NCBI GenBank assembly: GCA_964555185.1
Contig: CAZKRD010000001.1
Location: forward strand, 303,272-367,271
DNA length: 64,000 nt
Source: an uncultured Candidatus Saccharibacteria bacterium
GTDB taxonomy: Bacteria; Patescibacteriota; JAQUNI01
Direction of reading: 5' to 3'
Part shown: piece by piece, positions 19,395 to 28,689 of the stretch
How positions within the stretch are numbered: position 1 is the first letter of the stretch
How the letters are laid out: each line of letters begins with the position of its first letter
Made by a program: the position numbers and the translations under genes
The notes under the pieces: model-generated
The model's database searches: none
The model's input: the letters and a program-made list of their open reading frames with translations, nothing else
Told to the model about the DNA's origin: nothing

Positions 19395-20348
19395 ATGTCT
19401 ACTAAGATTTATCAAAAATTAAAGAAAGAACTGAATTCCGTTAAAAAAGATGAAAGTTTGCGCGAGCACACTAATTTTGAAATCGGCGGGCCGGCAAGAT
19501 ATCTTTTTGAAGCTCGAAAGAGTGAGGATATTGTCCGCGCGTTTGGGGTCGCTCATGATTTGAAAATACCCTATTATATTTTGGGCGGCGGCAGTAATCT
19601 TTTGGCTAGTGACCGAGGATTTCCCGGTCTTGTGATTAAGCTTAATAATAATAATCTAGATTTAAAGAACAATCAGATTGTTTGTGGCGCGGGAGCGGCT
19701 TTTTCGGATTTAATTAAATTTTCTCTGGATAATGATCTGGAAGGCTTAGAGAATTTTATCGGCATCCCCGGCACTGTCGGTGGAGCAGTTTACGGCAATG
19801 CTGGCGCCTTTTTTAGATCAATCGGTGATTTTGTGTCTTTCGTTAAGGCATTAAATTCTAAAGACGCGAAGACTAAAGAATATAGCAGGGAGGAATGCCA
19901 ATTTGTTTATCGCGGCAGTGTTTTTAAAGAGAACAGAATGATTGTTCTGGAAGCGGGTTTGAATTTAAAGAAGATTACAGACAAAAAAAATCTTCTTGTA
20001 AAAATAGAGAAGATTAAGAAAATTCGTGAGAAACATCCTAAAGAAAAGTGCGCTGGATCTATTTTTAAGAATATTGAATTTAAAGATAACAAAGAGATTA
20101 CAAAAAGAGTGCCTGATGACTGTGTTCGCTTCTCTGAAATTAAGGTTGCCTGTTTAATTGACAAATTAGGCTTAAAAGGCAAAAATATTGGCGGAGCTCG
20201 AATTTCGCAAAAAAACGCTAATTTTATTGTCAATACAGGCAAAGCAAAGGCAAAGGATGTCTTGGGGCTGATTAAATTGATTAAAAAGAGAGTGAAGAAA
20301 GAGTATGGGTTGAATTTAGAAACAGAGATTCAGTTTGTCGGATTTTGA
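19395..20348 (+). CDS. murB: UDP-N-acetylenolpyruvoylglucosamine reductase MurB
   Basis: FAD-binding domain: NFEIGGPARYLFEA...YYILGGGSNLLASD. 317 aa. Confidence 0.85.
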   Translation: MSTKIYQKLKKELNSVKKDESLREHTNFEIGGPARYLFEARKSEDIVRAFGVAHDLKIPYYILGGGSNLLASDRGFPGLVIKLNNNNLDLKNNQIVCGAGAAFSDLIKFSLDNDLEGLENFIGIPGTVGGAVYGNAGAFFRSIGDFVSFVKALNSKDAKTKEYSREECQFVYRGSVFKENRMIVLEAGLNLKKITDKKNLLVKIEKIKKIREKHPKEKCAGSIFKNIEFKDNKEITKRVPDDCVRFSEIKVACLIDKLGLKGKNIGGARISQKNANFIVNTGKAKAKDVLGLIKLIKKRVKKEYGLNLETEIQFVGF

Positions 20349-20371
20349 TTAAAACTTTTAATTTTTTTCAA

Positions 20372-20417
20372 CCTGAGGACTTCGGCTGAGCTCAGTCGAA
20401 CGCCCTCGGGACGAAGG
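20372..20417 (+). repeat. 46-bp palindromic element, copy 1
   Basis: cctgaggacttcggctgagctcagtcgaacgccctcgggacgaagg. Its reverse complement matches 57257-57302 at 45 of 46 positions. It lies between murB and secA. Confidence 0.8.
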
Positions 20418-20451
20418 TTTAGTTTGTATTTTTGAGATTTGACTTTTATTT

Positions 20452-23148
20452 ATGTCTTTTCTAAGCAAATTTTTCGGTGATCCCAATGAGAAGGTTTTAA
20501 AAAATTTACAGCCTCTCGTGGATAGGATCAATAAGCTTGAATCAAAATTTGAGGGTTTTTCTGATTCTGATTTTCCGCGCTTCACGAAAAAGTTAAAAAA
20601 GAAAATCAAAGCGGGAGAAAAATTAGATCAGCTTCTGCCTCAAGCTTTTGCCGCCTGCCGCGAGGCCGCGAAAAGGACCCTGGGCGAACGGGCCTATGAT
20701 GTTCAGGTTTTAGCGGGAATTGTTTTGCACCAGGGCAGGATCGCGGAACAGAAAACAGGCGAGGGCAAGACTTTGTCTGCGACGATGCCGGTTTATTTGA
20801 ATGCCCTAACCGGCCGCGGCACGCATGTGGTAACAGTCAATGATTATTTGGCGCGCCGGGATACAGAATGGATGGGCGCGGTTTACGACTTTTTAGGATT
20901 ATCCGTGAGCTGTATTCAGCATGATCAAGCTTCTCGTTATCAGACTCGACGGCAAGAAAAAAAAGAAACCCATGATCAAATTGAGATGGGAGATGAGATA
21001 GATTCCGGTTTAGTTGAGATTACTCGCCGCGAGGCTTACGAGTGTGATATTACTTATGGTACAAACAATGAGTTTGGTTTCGATTATCTGCGGGACAATA
21101 TGGTCTGGGATAAGGCCCAAATCGTGCAGGGCAAGCTTAATTTCGTGGTGATTGATGAGATTGATTCGATCTTGATTGATGAAGCGCGGACTCCGCTGAT
21201 TATTTCCGCGCCGGACACGGAATCCACGGATCAGTATCAGGAATTCGCGCGGATTGTGCCGCGTTTGCGCGAGAACACTGACTATAATGTTGATGAAAAG
21301 ATGCGCGCGGTTACCTTGACCGATAAGGGGATTGGGAAACTGGAAGAGATTTTAGGGGTAGAAAATATCTATCAAGAAAAAGACGTAGCCACGGTCCATC
21401 ATATCGAGGAGGCTTTGCGCGCTCATGCCCTGTTTCGCCGGGACCGTGATTATGTGGTTAAAGAGGGCGAGGTTATGATTGTGGACCAGTTTACCGGCCG
21501 CTTGATGCCTGGCCGACGTTATTCAGGGGGTCTGCATCAGGCGATCGAGGCAAAAGAGAGAGTAGAAGTGAAGCGTGAAAGCAAGACTTTAGGCACAATC
21601 ACTTTCCAAAATTATTTCCGGCTTTATAAGAAATTATCCGGGATGACCGGCACCGCCGCCACGTCAGCAGAGGAATTCAGCAAGGTTTATGATCTGGAAG
21701 TGGTGGTGATTCCGACTAATGAGCCGATGGTTCGTCGTGATTTAGCGGATTTGGTTTATAAGAATGAGGAAGGCAAATTTAAGGCTGTAGTCTCGGAGAT
21801 CAAAAAGCGGCATCAAAAAGGCCAGCCTGTGCTCGTCGGTACGATTTCAATTGACAAAAACGAATTGCTTTCAGGGATGCTGGAGCGTCGGGGCGTGCCC
21901 CACGAAATTTTAAATGCCAAAAACCACGGTCGAGAGGCAAAGATTATCGCCAAAGCCGGTCAGCGCGGATCGGTGACCATTGCCACCAATATGGCTGGCC
22001 GCGGTACAGACATTAAACTGGGGGTAGGTGTTACAGGCTTGGGCGGCCTCCATGTTTTGGGCACGGAACGTCATGAGGCGAGGCGGATTGACAACCAGCT
22101 GCGCGGACGTTCTGGCCGCCAGGGCGATCCTGGTTCTTCCCAGTTCTATGTTTCTTTAGAGGATGATTTGATGCGGATCTTCGGCGGCGAGAGGATAAAA
22201 GGGCTGATGGACCGTCTCCGTCTGCCCGAGAATCAGCCGATTCAAAATAAGATATTAAACCGCTCGATTGAAGGGGCCCAGAGTAAGGTAGAAGGCAATA
22301 ATTTTGATATCAGAAAACATTTGGTTGAATATGATGATGTTTTAAACAAACAGCGAGGAGTATTTTACAAAAAACGGGAAGAGATTCTGGATGATGGTGA
22401 AATCCTACGTAAGTCAATCTTGACAATGATTGAAGAAGAGATTGAAAAGATAGTAGTTAACCACACGATGGGTGATAAGGAAGATAATTGGGACTTTAAA
22501 GAAATTTGTGAGAATATGTATTCAATCCTGCCTTTGGATAAAAAAGACGGCATGGAGCAAAGAACCTTGCGCGCGAAACTCGAGGGTATGGCTTCGCCTT
22601 CAAAAGCAGGCAGTAAGGCCCGAACCATGATCATTGAATATTTAGTTGCTTTAGCTTTTAAGATTTATAAAAAGCGGGATCAGGAATTGACCAAAAAAGG
22701 TATGCGCCAAGTAGAGCGGGCAGTTGCCTTGCGGATTATGGATACGCTCTGGACCGAGCATCTTGATTTGATGGAGTATTTGCGCCAGAGTGTTCGTCTG
22801 CGCGTTTACGGCCAGAAGGATCCTCTGGTTGAGTATAAACGGGAAGGGTATCAATTGTTTCAGAAACTTCTTTTAAAAATCAAAGCGGATATTGTGAATA
22901 TGATCTTCAAGGTCAGTATGATTATGCCGACTGCTTCCAGTTTAGCCCAAAACAATTTTGTTACGAGGGGAGCGGATAAGCAGTATGGCGGAGTGACCGC
23001 TTCCGGATCCGGGGACAGAGGCGTTGCGGCCGAGCCCGCTTTGGTTCGTAAGCGCGATAAGGTTGGCCGCAATGATCCTTGTCCCTGCGGCAAGATTAAT
23101 CCGGAAACAGGAAAGCCAATGAAGTACAAAAAATGCTGCGGAAGATGA
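20452..23148 (+). CDS. secA: Preprotein translocase ATPase SecA
   Basis: 898 aa. DEAD motor motifs QLLPQAFAACREAAKRTLGERAYDVQ, GEGKTL and TGRGTD. The C-terminal zinc-binding tail is CPCGKINPETGKPMKYKKCCG. Confidence 0.95.
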   Translation: MSFLSKFFGDPNEKVLKNLQPLVDRINKLESKFEGFSDSDFPRFTKKLKKKIKAGEKLDQLLPQAFAACREAAKRTLGERAYDVQVLAGIVLHQGRIAEQKTGEGKTLSATMPVYLNALTGRGTHVVTVNDYLARRDTEWMGAVYDFLGLSVSCIQHDQASRYQTRRQEKKETHDQIEMGDEIDSGLVEITRREAYECDITYGTNNEFGFDYLRDNMVWDKAQIVQGKLNFVVIDEIDSILIDEARTPLIISAPDTESTDQYQEFARIVPRLRENTDYNVDEKMRAVTLTDKGIGKLEEILGVENIYQEKDVATVHHIEEALRAHALFRRDRDYVVKEGEVMIVDQFTGRLMPGRRYSGGLHQAIEAKERVEVKRESKTLGTITFQNYFRLYKKLSGMTGTAATSAEEFSKVYDLEVVVIPTNEPMVRRDLADLVYKNEEGKFKAVVSEIKKRHQKGQPVLVGTISIDKNELLSGMLERRGVPHEILNAKNHGREAKIIAKAGQRGSVTIATNMAGRGTDIKLGVGVTGLGGLHVLGTERHEARRIDNQLRGRSGRQGDPGSSQFYVSLEDDLMRIFGGERIKGLMDRLRLPENQPIQNKILNRSIEGAQSKVEGNNFDIRKHLVEYDDVLNKQRGVFYKKREEILDDGEILRKSILTMIEEEIEKIVVNHTMGDKEDNWDFKEICENMYSILPLDKKDGMEQRTLRAKLEGMASPSKAGSKARTMIIEYLVALAFKIYKKRDQELTKKGMRQVERAVALRIMDTLWTEHLDLMEYLRQSVRLRVYGQKDPLVEYKREGYQLFQKLLLKIKADIVNMIFKVSMIMPTASSLAQNNFVTRGADKQYGGVTASGSGDRGVAAEPALVRKRDKVGRNDPCPCGKINPETGKPMKYKKCCGR

Positions 23149-23211
23149 AATTAGTTGGAGATTTATTATTTTCTTGGTAGAATAAAAATAGGATAAGTTT
23201 ATCTATCGTAG

Positions 23212-24672
23212 ATGTCTCTGGAAAATCAAAACGAACAAAAAACAGATATTGAGGCCTTGAAAAGCTTAGGCAGAAAGCTTTCAGGAGGAACAAGCGCCCT
23301 CTGGCGTATTTTATTCCAATCCTCGCCGCGCAGACGGGTTTGGCTTGTTTTTGTTTTGATTGTTCTGCTCACTGCTTTTGTCGGGTTGATTGACTGGCCG
23401 AAAGGCCCGGATTTTGCGGCTGGCGATTATTTTAAAGAGATCAAGCTGCACTTGGGCTTAGATCTCCAAGGCGGCACCCATCTGGTTTACAAAATGGATC
23501 TATCCCATGTCGCGGACGAGAGGCGTCAGGACGCGATCTCGGGCGCTCGCGACGTAATTGAGAGACGGGTCAATGCTTACGGGGTAGCGGAATCGATTGT
23601 CCAGTACACGCGCGCCGGGGAGGAATGGCGCCTGATTGTTGAACTCCCGGGCATCCAAGATATTGACGAAGCGGTTGCTATGATCGGAGCAACTCCTTAT
23701 CTGGAGTTCCGAGAAGCGCAGGTTTATAAAGCTTCTGATTTGCCCGAGGAGGCTTTAGCCGAAATTATGCCGGGCCAGGAAATCACGCCCGAGACTGAAC
23801 TCACTGCCTTTGTGCCCACCAACTTAACCGGTAAAGAATTCGAGCACGCTACGGTTAAGTTTGATCCGAATACCGGAGATCCGGTGATCGGATTGGAGTT
23901 TAACAGTGAGGGGAGGGAGCTTTTTGCCGAGATTACCAAGCGCAATGTCGGCAAGCAGGTAGCGATTTATTTAGACGGCCAAGTCTTATCCGCCCCCAGA
24001 GTTAATGAGCCGATTACTGGCGGCGAAGCGATTATTACCGGTCAATTCACCGTAGAAGAAGCAAAAGACTTGGCAACTCGCTTAAATTCCGGCGCTCTCC
24101 CTGTGCCGATTAGTTTAATCGCCCAGCAGAACATCGGCGCTTCTTTAGGAGAGAAGGCTTTGGAGGCAAGTATTATCGCCGGTTTGATCGGGATTATTCT
24201 GGTTGCTCTGTTTATGATTATTTATTACCGTCTGCCCGGACTGATTGCGGTCTTGGCTTTAACGATCTATGCGATGATTACTCTGGCTGTTTTTAAGCTT
24301 GTTCCCGTAACTTTAACTTTGGCGGGCATAGCCGGATTTCTTCTTTCCGTGGGTATGGCCGTGGATGCCAATGTTTTGATTTTTGAACGGGTTAAAGAGG
24401 AGTTAAAAAAGAAGGAAGGGCTGTCCGCTTCAGTCGCCTCTGGTTTTAAGCGGGCCTGGAGCTCAATCCGCGATTCCAATATCTCCACTTTAATTATCTG
24501 TATTGTTTTAGCCTATTTTGGCACGAGCATTATTCGCGGTTTCGCGATTACTTTAGGGATTGGTGTCCTAGTCAGTATGTTTACGGCAGTGGTTATTACG
24601 CGCAATTTTTTGAGGATACTGGTCGTAAATAATTTGGTCAAGAAGAAACTGTTTGGAATTGGAATAAAATAA
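23212..24672 (+). CDS. secD: Protein-export membrane protein SecD
   Basis: 486 aa with a periplasmic domain followed by six C-terminal TM helices. Directly followed by secF. Confidence 0.9.
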   Translation: MSLENQNEQKTDIEALKSLGRKLSGGTSALWRILFQSSPRRRVWLVFVLIVLLTAFVGLIDWPKGPDFAAGDYFKEIKLHLGLDLQGGTHLVYKMDLSHVADERRQDAISGARDVIERRVNAYGVAESIVQYTRAGEEWRLIVELPGIQDIDEAVAMIGATPYLEFREAQVYKASDLPEEALAEIMPGQEITPETELTAFVPTNLTGKEFEHATVKFDPNTGDPVIGLEFNSEGRELFAEITKRNVGKQVAIYLDGQVLSAPRVNEPITGGEAIITGQFTVEEAKDLATRLNSGALPVPISLIAQQNIGASLGEKALEASIIAGLIGIILVALFMIIYYRLPGLIAVLALTIYAMITLAVFKLVPVTLTLAGIAGFLLSVGMAVDANVLIFERVKEELKKKEGLSASVASGFKRAWSSIRDSNISTLIICIVLAYFGTSIIRGFAITLGIGVLVSMFTAVVITRNFLRILVVNNLVKKKLFGIGIK

Positions 24673-24724
24673 CGCAAAATATCCTTAGCCTTTAGCTCTT
24701 CACTCCTCATTTTTAGCTTTAATA

Positions 24725-25615
24725 ATGTATCAAATTATTCCTAAAAAGAAAATATTTTTTTCAATCTCCGGCGTCGTTATTTTGGTTGGCCTAGTTTCTT
24801 TATTAGTTTTTGGCTTGAATTTTGGCATTGATTTTCGCGGCGGCACGCTTTGGGAATTAAAATTTTCCAAAGATGTTTCCAATGATCAAATTAGAGAAAG
24901 CTTAGGAGATTTTGATTTAGGCGAAATCAGGATCCGGGAATCGGATAAGGGGAAGATGATTAAGTTTAGGAGCTTAAAGCACGGAGAACGGGATCTAATT
25001 TTCGAAGGCTTGAAGCAGGGATTTGGCGAGATAGAGGAATTAAGTTTTGAAACAATTGGTCCGGTCATTGGACGGGAGATCAAGGAAAAGGCGATCATTG
25101 CCTTGATTGTGGCTTCGGCCGCTATTGTTCTCTATGTCGCTTGGGCTTTCCGCAAGGTGAGTAAGCCGGTTTCATCTTGGCAGTTTGGCGCCACCGCGAT
25201 CATTACTCTTTTACATGATTTGGCGATTATGTTCACGGTCTTTGTGCTCTTGGGCAGATTTTTAGATGTGGAGATTAACACTTTTTTTATTACTGCCCTG
25301 CTCGCGGTTTTAGGTTATTCTGTTAATGACACGATTGTGGTTTTTGACCGGATTCGGGAGCGCCTCCAGTTGAAAGCAGATGAGCCGTTTGAGGACTTGG
25401 TTAACAAAAGCATTAATGGAACCCTGATTCGCTCGCTTAACACCAGTATCACCACCCTTTTGGTTCTGCTTGCTATTTTCCTTTTTGGCGGCGAATCAAT
25501 CCGTTTCTTTGTCTTGGCAATGATTGTCGGTGTTTTGGCCGGCACTTACTCTTCCATTTTTATTGCCTCGCCTCTTTTAACGGTTTGGTATAACTTGAGC
25601 AGAGGCAGGAGTTAA
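24725..25615 (+). CDS. secF: Protein-export membrane protein SecF
   Basis: 296 aa. The LGYSVNDTIVVFDRIRE motif is typical of SecF. Confidence 0.9.
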   Translation: MYQIIPKKKIFFSISGVVILVGLVSLLVFGLNFGIDFRGGTLWELKFSKDVSNDQIRESLGDFDLGEIRIRESDKGKMIKFRSLKHGERDLIFEGLKQGFGEIEELSFETIGPVIGREIKEKAIIALIVASAAIVLYVAWAFRKVSKPVSSWQFGATAIITLLHDLAIMFTVFVLLGRFLDVEINTFFITALLAVLGYSVNDTIVVFDRIRERLQLKADEPFEDLVNKSINGTLIRSLNTSITTLLVLLAIFLFGGESIRFFVLAMIVGVLAGTYSSIFIASPLLTVWYNLSRGRS

Positions 25616-25636
25616 AATTGAATAGATAATTTTTAA

Positions 25637-25672
25637 TAAAAACCCTTTTTGCTGCGACCCGGGTTTTTTTAT
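25637..25672 (+). terminator. Putative intrinsic terminator after secF
   Basis: aaaaaccc ... gggttttttt; the AT-rich stem with a T-run makes this only a weak call. Confidence 0.35.
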
Positions 25673-25695
25673 TTGAACAAAACAAAAACGAAAGA

Positions 25696-25729
25696 GTTAC
25701 AAATTTAGCCGATCGGTCAGTTTTGTAAC
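25696..25729 (+). promoter_or_regulatory. Operator-like palindrome GTTACAAA-N-GATCGG-N-TTTGTAAC, copy 1 (upstream of the sigma-r4 HTH gene)
   Basis: gttacaaatttagccgatcggtcagttttgtaac. A promoter candidate TTGACT-(15-17)-TAGTAAT follows at 25737-25765. Confidence 0.45.
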
Positions 25730-25852
25730 ATATTTCTTGACTTATTCCCAAAATTGTAGTAATCTAATTCTTTTAATCGTGATTTTTGGCTTATTTTCCA
25801 GTTTTCTTGACAGATCTATCTATCTATGATATTATTTTAAATAGACAAATTT

Positions 25853-26926
25853 ATGGCTAAAAACCGGGGAATAAAAAAGAAGCAAGGAGCAATCAAAGGA
25901 GTGGATTTACAGTCCTTAATTTTTGAGATGTTTGCTCCTTTTCCAGAGAAAAATCAAGAGATTATCAAAAGACGGTTTGGTTTGCTTGCCGAATCCGGCG
26001 AAACCCTGGAAGCGATTGGTAAGGATTATGGAGTTACCCGGGAGCGGGTGCGCCAGATCGAAGCTTTAACCTTAAAGACCTTAAAACAGGAGAAGGGGAC
26101 TCAAGAGTTAAAGATTGTTGAGGAAATGATTATTTCTGTTTTGGTTGATATGGGGGGCGTTATTGGAGAAAGAGAATTGCTAGCAAAGCTTTTGGGAGAC
26201 GATTTTAGAAATCCTGTCTATTGCAATCTAGTTTTGTTTGTTTTGAAAATTTCAGATAAATTTTTCTTATTGCCTGAAAATGATCACTATCGCCAGGCTT
26301 GGACCACGGAGCGCGGTTTTTTCAAGAAGACAGAAGGAGTGATCGAGCTCGCTAAAGAAGTTTTAGAAAAGGTTGGCGAGCCGCTCACGATTGACGAGTT
26401 GCAGAAGGCAATTGATGTTTCCAAGATCCCGAGCAGTTTGAATGATAAGATGGTTCGCAATTACCTGGCGCTTTCAAAGGAAGTGATCCCCAACCCCTAT
26501 GGCGATTGGGGTTTGTCTGATTGGAATGAGATCAATCCGCGCGGCGTAAAAGACAGGGCCTATATTGTTTTAAAGAAAAGCGGGAAGCCTTTGCATTTTA
26601 CCCAGATTACAGAAGCGATCAATAGAAGCGGGTTAGGAACCAAACCAGCGCACGCGCCGACCGTGCACAATGAATTGATTAAAGATTCTCGTTTTATTTT
26701 AGTTGGTCGCGGTATTTACGCGCTTCGCAATTGGGGATATCAAGAAGGGACCGTGAAGGAGGTCTTGGTTGGTGTTTTAAAGAAACAAGATCAGCCGGTA
26801 AAGAGAGAGGAACTGATCAATCTTGTTTTGAAACAGCGGATCGTGCGGCGCTCTACGGTTTTACTCAATCTTCAAGATGATTCTCTTTTTGTCCAGAGCT
26901 GGAGAAATGAGATTAGTTTGAAATAG
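25853..26926 (+). CDS. DNA-binding protein with N-terminal sigma-70 region-4-like HTH (C-terminal ~250 aa unknown)
   Basis: ETLEAIGKDYGVTRERVRQIEALTLKTLKQ matches the sigma-70 r4 / LuxR-type HTH consensus. The rest of the protein has no recognisable domain. Confidence 0.5.
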   Translation: MAKNRGIKKKQGAIKGVDLQSLIFEMFAPFPEKNQEIIKRRFGLLAESGETLEAIGKDYGVTRERVRQIEALTLKTLKQEKGTQELKIVEEMIISVLVDMGGVIGERELLAKLLGDDFRNPVYCNLVLFVLKISDKFFLLPENDHYRQAWTTERGFFKKTEGVIELAKEVLEKVGEPLTIDELQKAIDVSKIPSSLNDKMVRNYLALSKEVIPNPYGDWGLSDWNEINPRGVKDRAYIVLKKSGKPLHFTQITEAINRSGLGTKPAHAPTVHNELIKDSRFILVGRGIYALRNWGYQEGTVKEVLVGVLKKQDQPVKREELINLVLKQRIVRRSTVLLNLQDDSLFVQSWRNEISLK

Positions 26927-27230
26927 AAATAGAAAGTTTAAATCCTAAATCCTAAATCCTAAATCCTAAACAATTTCCCGCCTTCGCTCACGAGCTTCGG
27001 CGGACAGGCCCGCCTTGCCCCGCTTCGCGAGGTGAGCCGCAAAGCGAGGCAGGCAAAGTTCAAATGTTCAAAACCCGGCCGTACGCCTTGGCGTAGGCAA
27101 GGATTTGTTTAGAGTTTAGGCGTTGGGATTTAGGATTTTTTGAACCTTTAAGAATCCTATTTGTTTTAGATTGGGCGGTTGTGGTATAATGTCTATAAAG
27201 ATATTGTTCAATAAATCAAAATAAAACAAA
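26927..27230 (+). repeat. Heptamer-periodic palindromic element (aatccta x4 ... tttaggatttaggatt) enclosing a GC-rich structured core
   Basis: aatcctaaatcctaaatcctaaatcctaaa ... ccgccttcgctcacgagcttcggcgg ... ggcaggcaaagttcaaatgttcaaaac ... tttagagtttaggcgttgggatttaggatt. Confidence 0.6.
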
Positions 27231-28541
27231 ATGGACTTGTCGATTTTCGCGCCCTTTGTCCAAATTTTTGGTATCCTAAAAATTGTTTTTGGCAATCTAT
27301 GGCACTTTATTGTTCCGCCTTTTTTGTTTCTGATTGCTTTTATCTCTTGGGTTTATTACCGCCAGGGTCAGTACTTAAAGGGCATTGAGTATGCTCTTTT
27401 GGCGGTCAATGTTCCGGCTGAAAATCTGCGCACTCCTTTTGCCGCAGAGCAGATTATGGCTGGCTTGCATGGTATCTTAACACCACGCGATTTGATTGAA
27501 AGGTATTGGCTGGGTGAAATCCAGGAATGGTTTTCTTTTGAGATTATTGGTATTGAGGGTCATGTTCATTTTATTATCAGGACGCCGGCTAAGTTCATAG
27601 ATTTGGTGGAAGCTCATGTTTATGCCCAATACCCGGAAGCAGAAATAATAGAAGTGGAGGATTATACCAAAAATGTGCCAGACGATATTACCAGTCCAGA
27701 ATCCAAGTGGGACATTTGGGGCACGGAGATGGCTCTTGCCAAGGAAGACGCCTATCCGATTAGAACCTATGTGGATTTTGAGTTCGCAACCCAGGCCGCG
27801 CCCGATGAAGCAAAGATAGATTCTTTGGCTGGTGTTATTGAGCTAATGAGCCATTTAGGGAGAGGTGAGCAGATGTGGATTCAGATACCATCCCAGCCTG
27901 CTTTCGACACCTGGAAGGAGGATGGTGAAAAACTGGTTAAAAAATTGATCGGCGTCAAAGAGCCCAAAAAGAAAAGTATTTTAGGGGATGTGGCGCGGGA
28001 ATGGGGCGAGATTGCGGTCAAGACAGTAACTCAAGCCCCTTTTGAACCTCCGACTTTTCAAGAACCGGGGGAGAAAGAGGAAGATCGTGGCTTGCCAAGT
28101 CTAATGCAGTTTCTTTCCCCTGGTCAACAGGAAACGATTAAAGCGATAGAGCGGAATATTAGCAAGGTCGCTTATCGCAATAAAGTAAGGATGATTTATT
28201 TAATCCATAAGGATGTTTACAATAAAGAGTTGATGAAATCACGGGCCGCCGCTTTTATCGGCGCTTTCACCCATTTTGCCACCACTCATCTTAATACTTT
28301 TGTGCCGAAACGGAAGACCAGCGCCCACTATTGGTTTCCTGCTACCAGGCTTAATTTTCGCAAACGTCAGATTTTGCGGGAATACAAAGAGAGGAAACTT
28401 TCTGACGGCCAGAGTTTTTTCTTGAACACGGAAGAGTTGGCCACTATTTTTCATTTCCCAACGGCCACGGTCAAGGCGCCAATGGTCGAGAAAATAGAAG
28501 TGAAGAAAGCAATGCCGCCTGCTGGCCTGCCGGTTACCTGA
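27231..28541 (+). CDS. Membrane-anchored hypothetical protein (2 N-terminal TM helices)
   Basis: 436 aa; the N-terminus IFGILKIVFGNLWHFIVPPFLFLIAFISWVYY is predicted as two TM helices. An extended -10 (TGgTATAAT, 27182-27190) lies upstream. It precedes the VirD4-like ATPase gene. Confidence 0.5.
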   Translation: MDLSIFAPFVQIFGILKIVFGNLWHFIVPPFLFLIAFISWVYYRQGQYLKGIEYALLAVNVPAENLRTPFAAEQIMAGLHGILTPRDLIERYWLGEIQEWFSFEIIGIEGHVHFIIRTPAKFIDLVEAHVYAQYPEAEIIEVEDYTKNVPDDITSPESKWDIWGTEMALAKEDAYPIRTYVDFEFATQAAPDEAKIDSLAGVIELMSHLGRGEQMWIQIPSQPAFDTWKEDGEKLVKKLIGVKEPKKKSILGDVAREWGEIAVKTVTQAPFEPPTFQEPGEKEEDRGLPSLMQFLSPGQQETIKAIERNISKVAYRNKVRMIYLIHKDVYNKELMKSRAAAFIGAFTHFATTHLNTFVPKRKTSAHYWFPATRLNFRKRQILREYKERKLSDGQSFFLNTEELATIFHFPTATVKAPMVEKIEVKKAMPPAGLPVT

Positions 28542-28689
28542 AGAGGGGGAGTAATTTTTGATTTTTAATTCTTAATTTCCCATTGAATTTTTAATAAGTT
28601 AATTTTTAATTTTTAAACATTCCATTGTCTCAAATTTATCTTGTTTGGAAACTCAATCATTAAAAATTAGAAATTGAAAATTATCATTT

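Noticed and set aside
26927-26960. aatcctaaatcctaaatcctaaatcctaaa and similar word arrays as possible CRISPR repeats
   Set aside because: The 7-bp units are directly tandem with no spacers, the arrays are short, and they are always paired with an inverted copy. They are not CRISPR.
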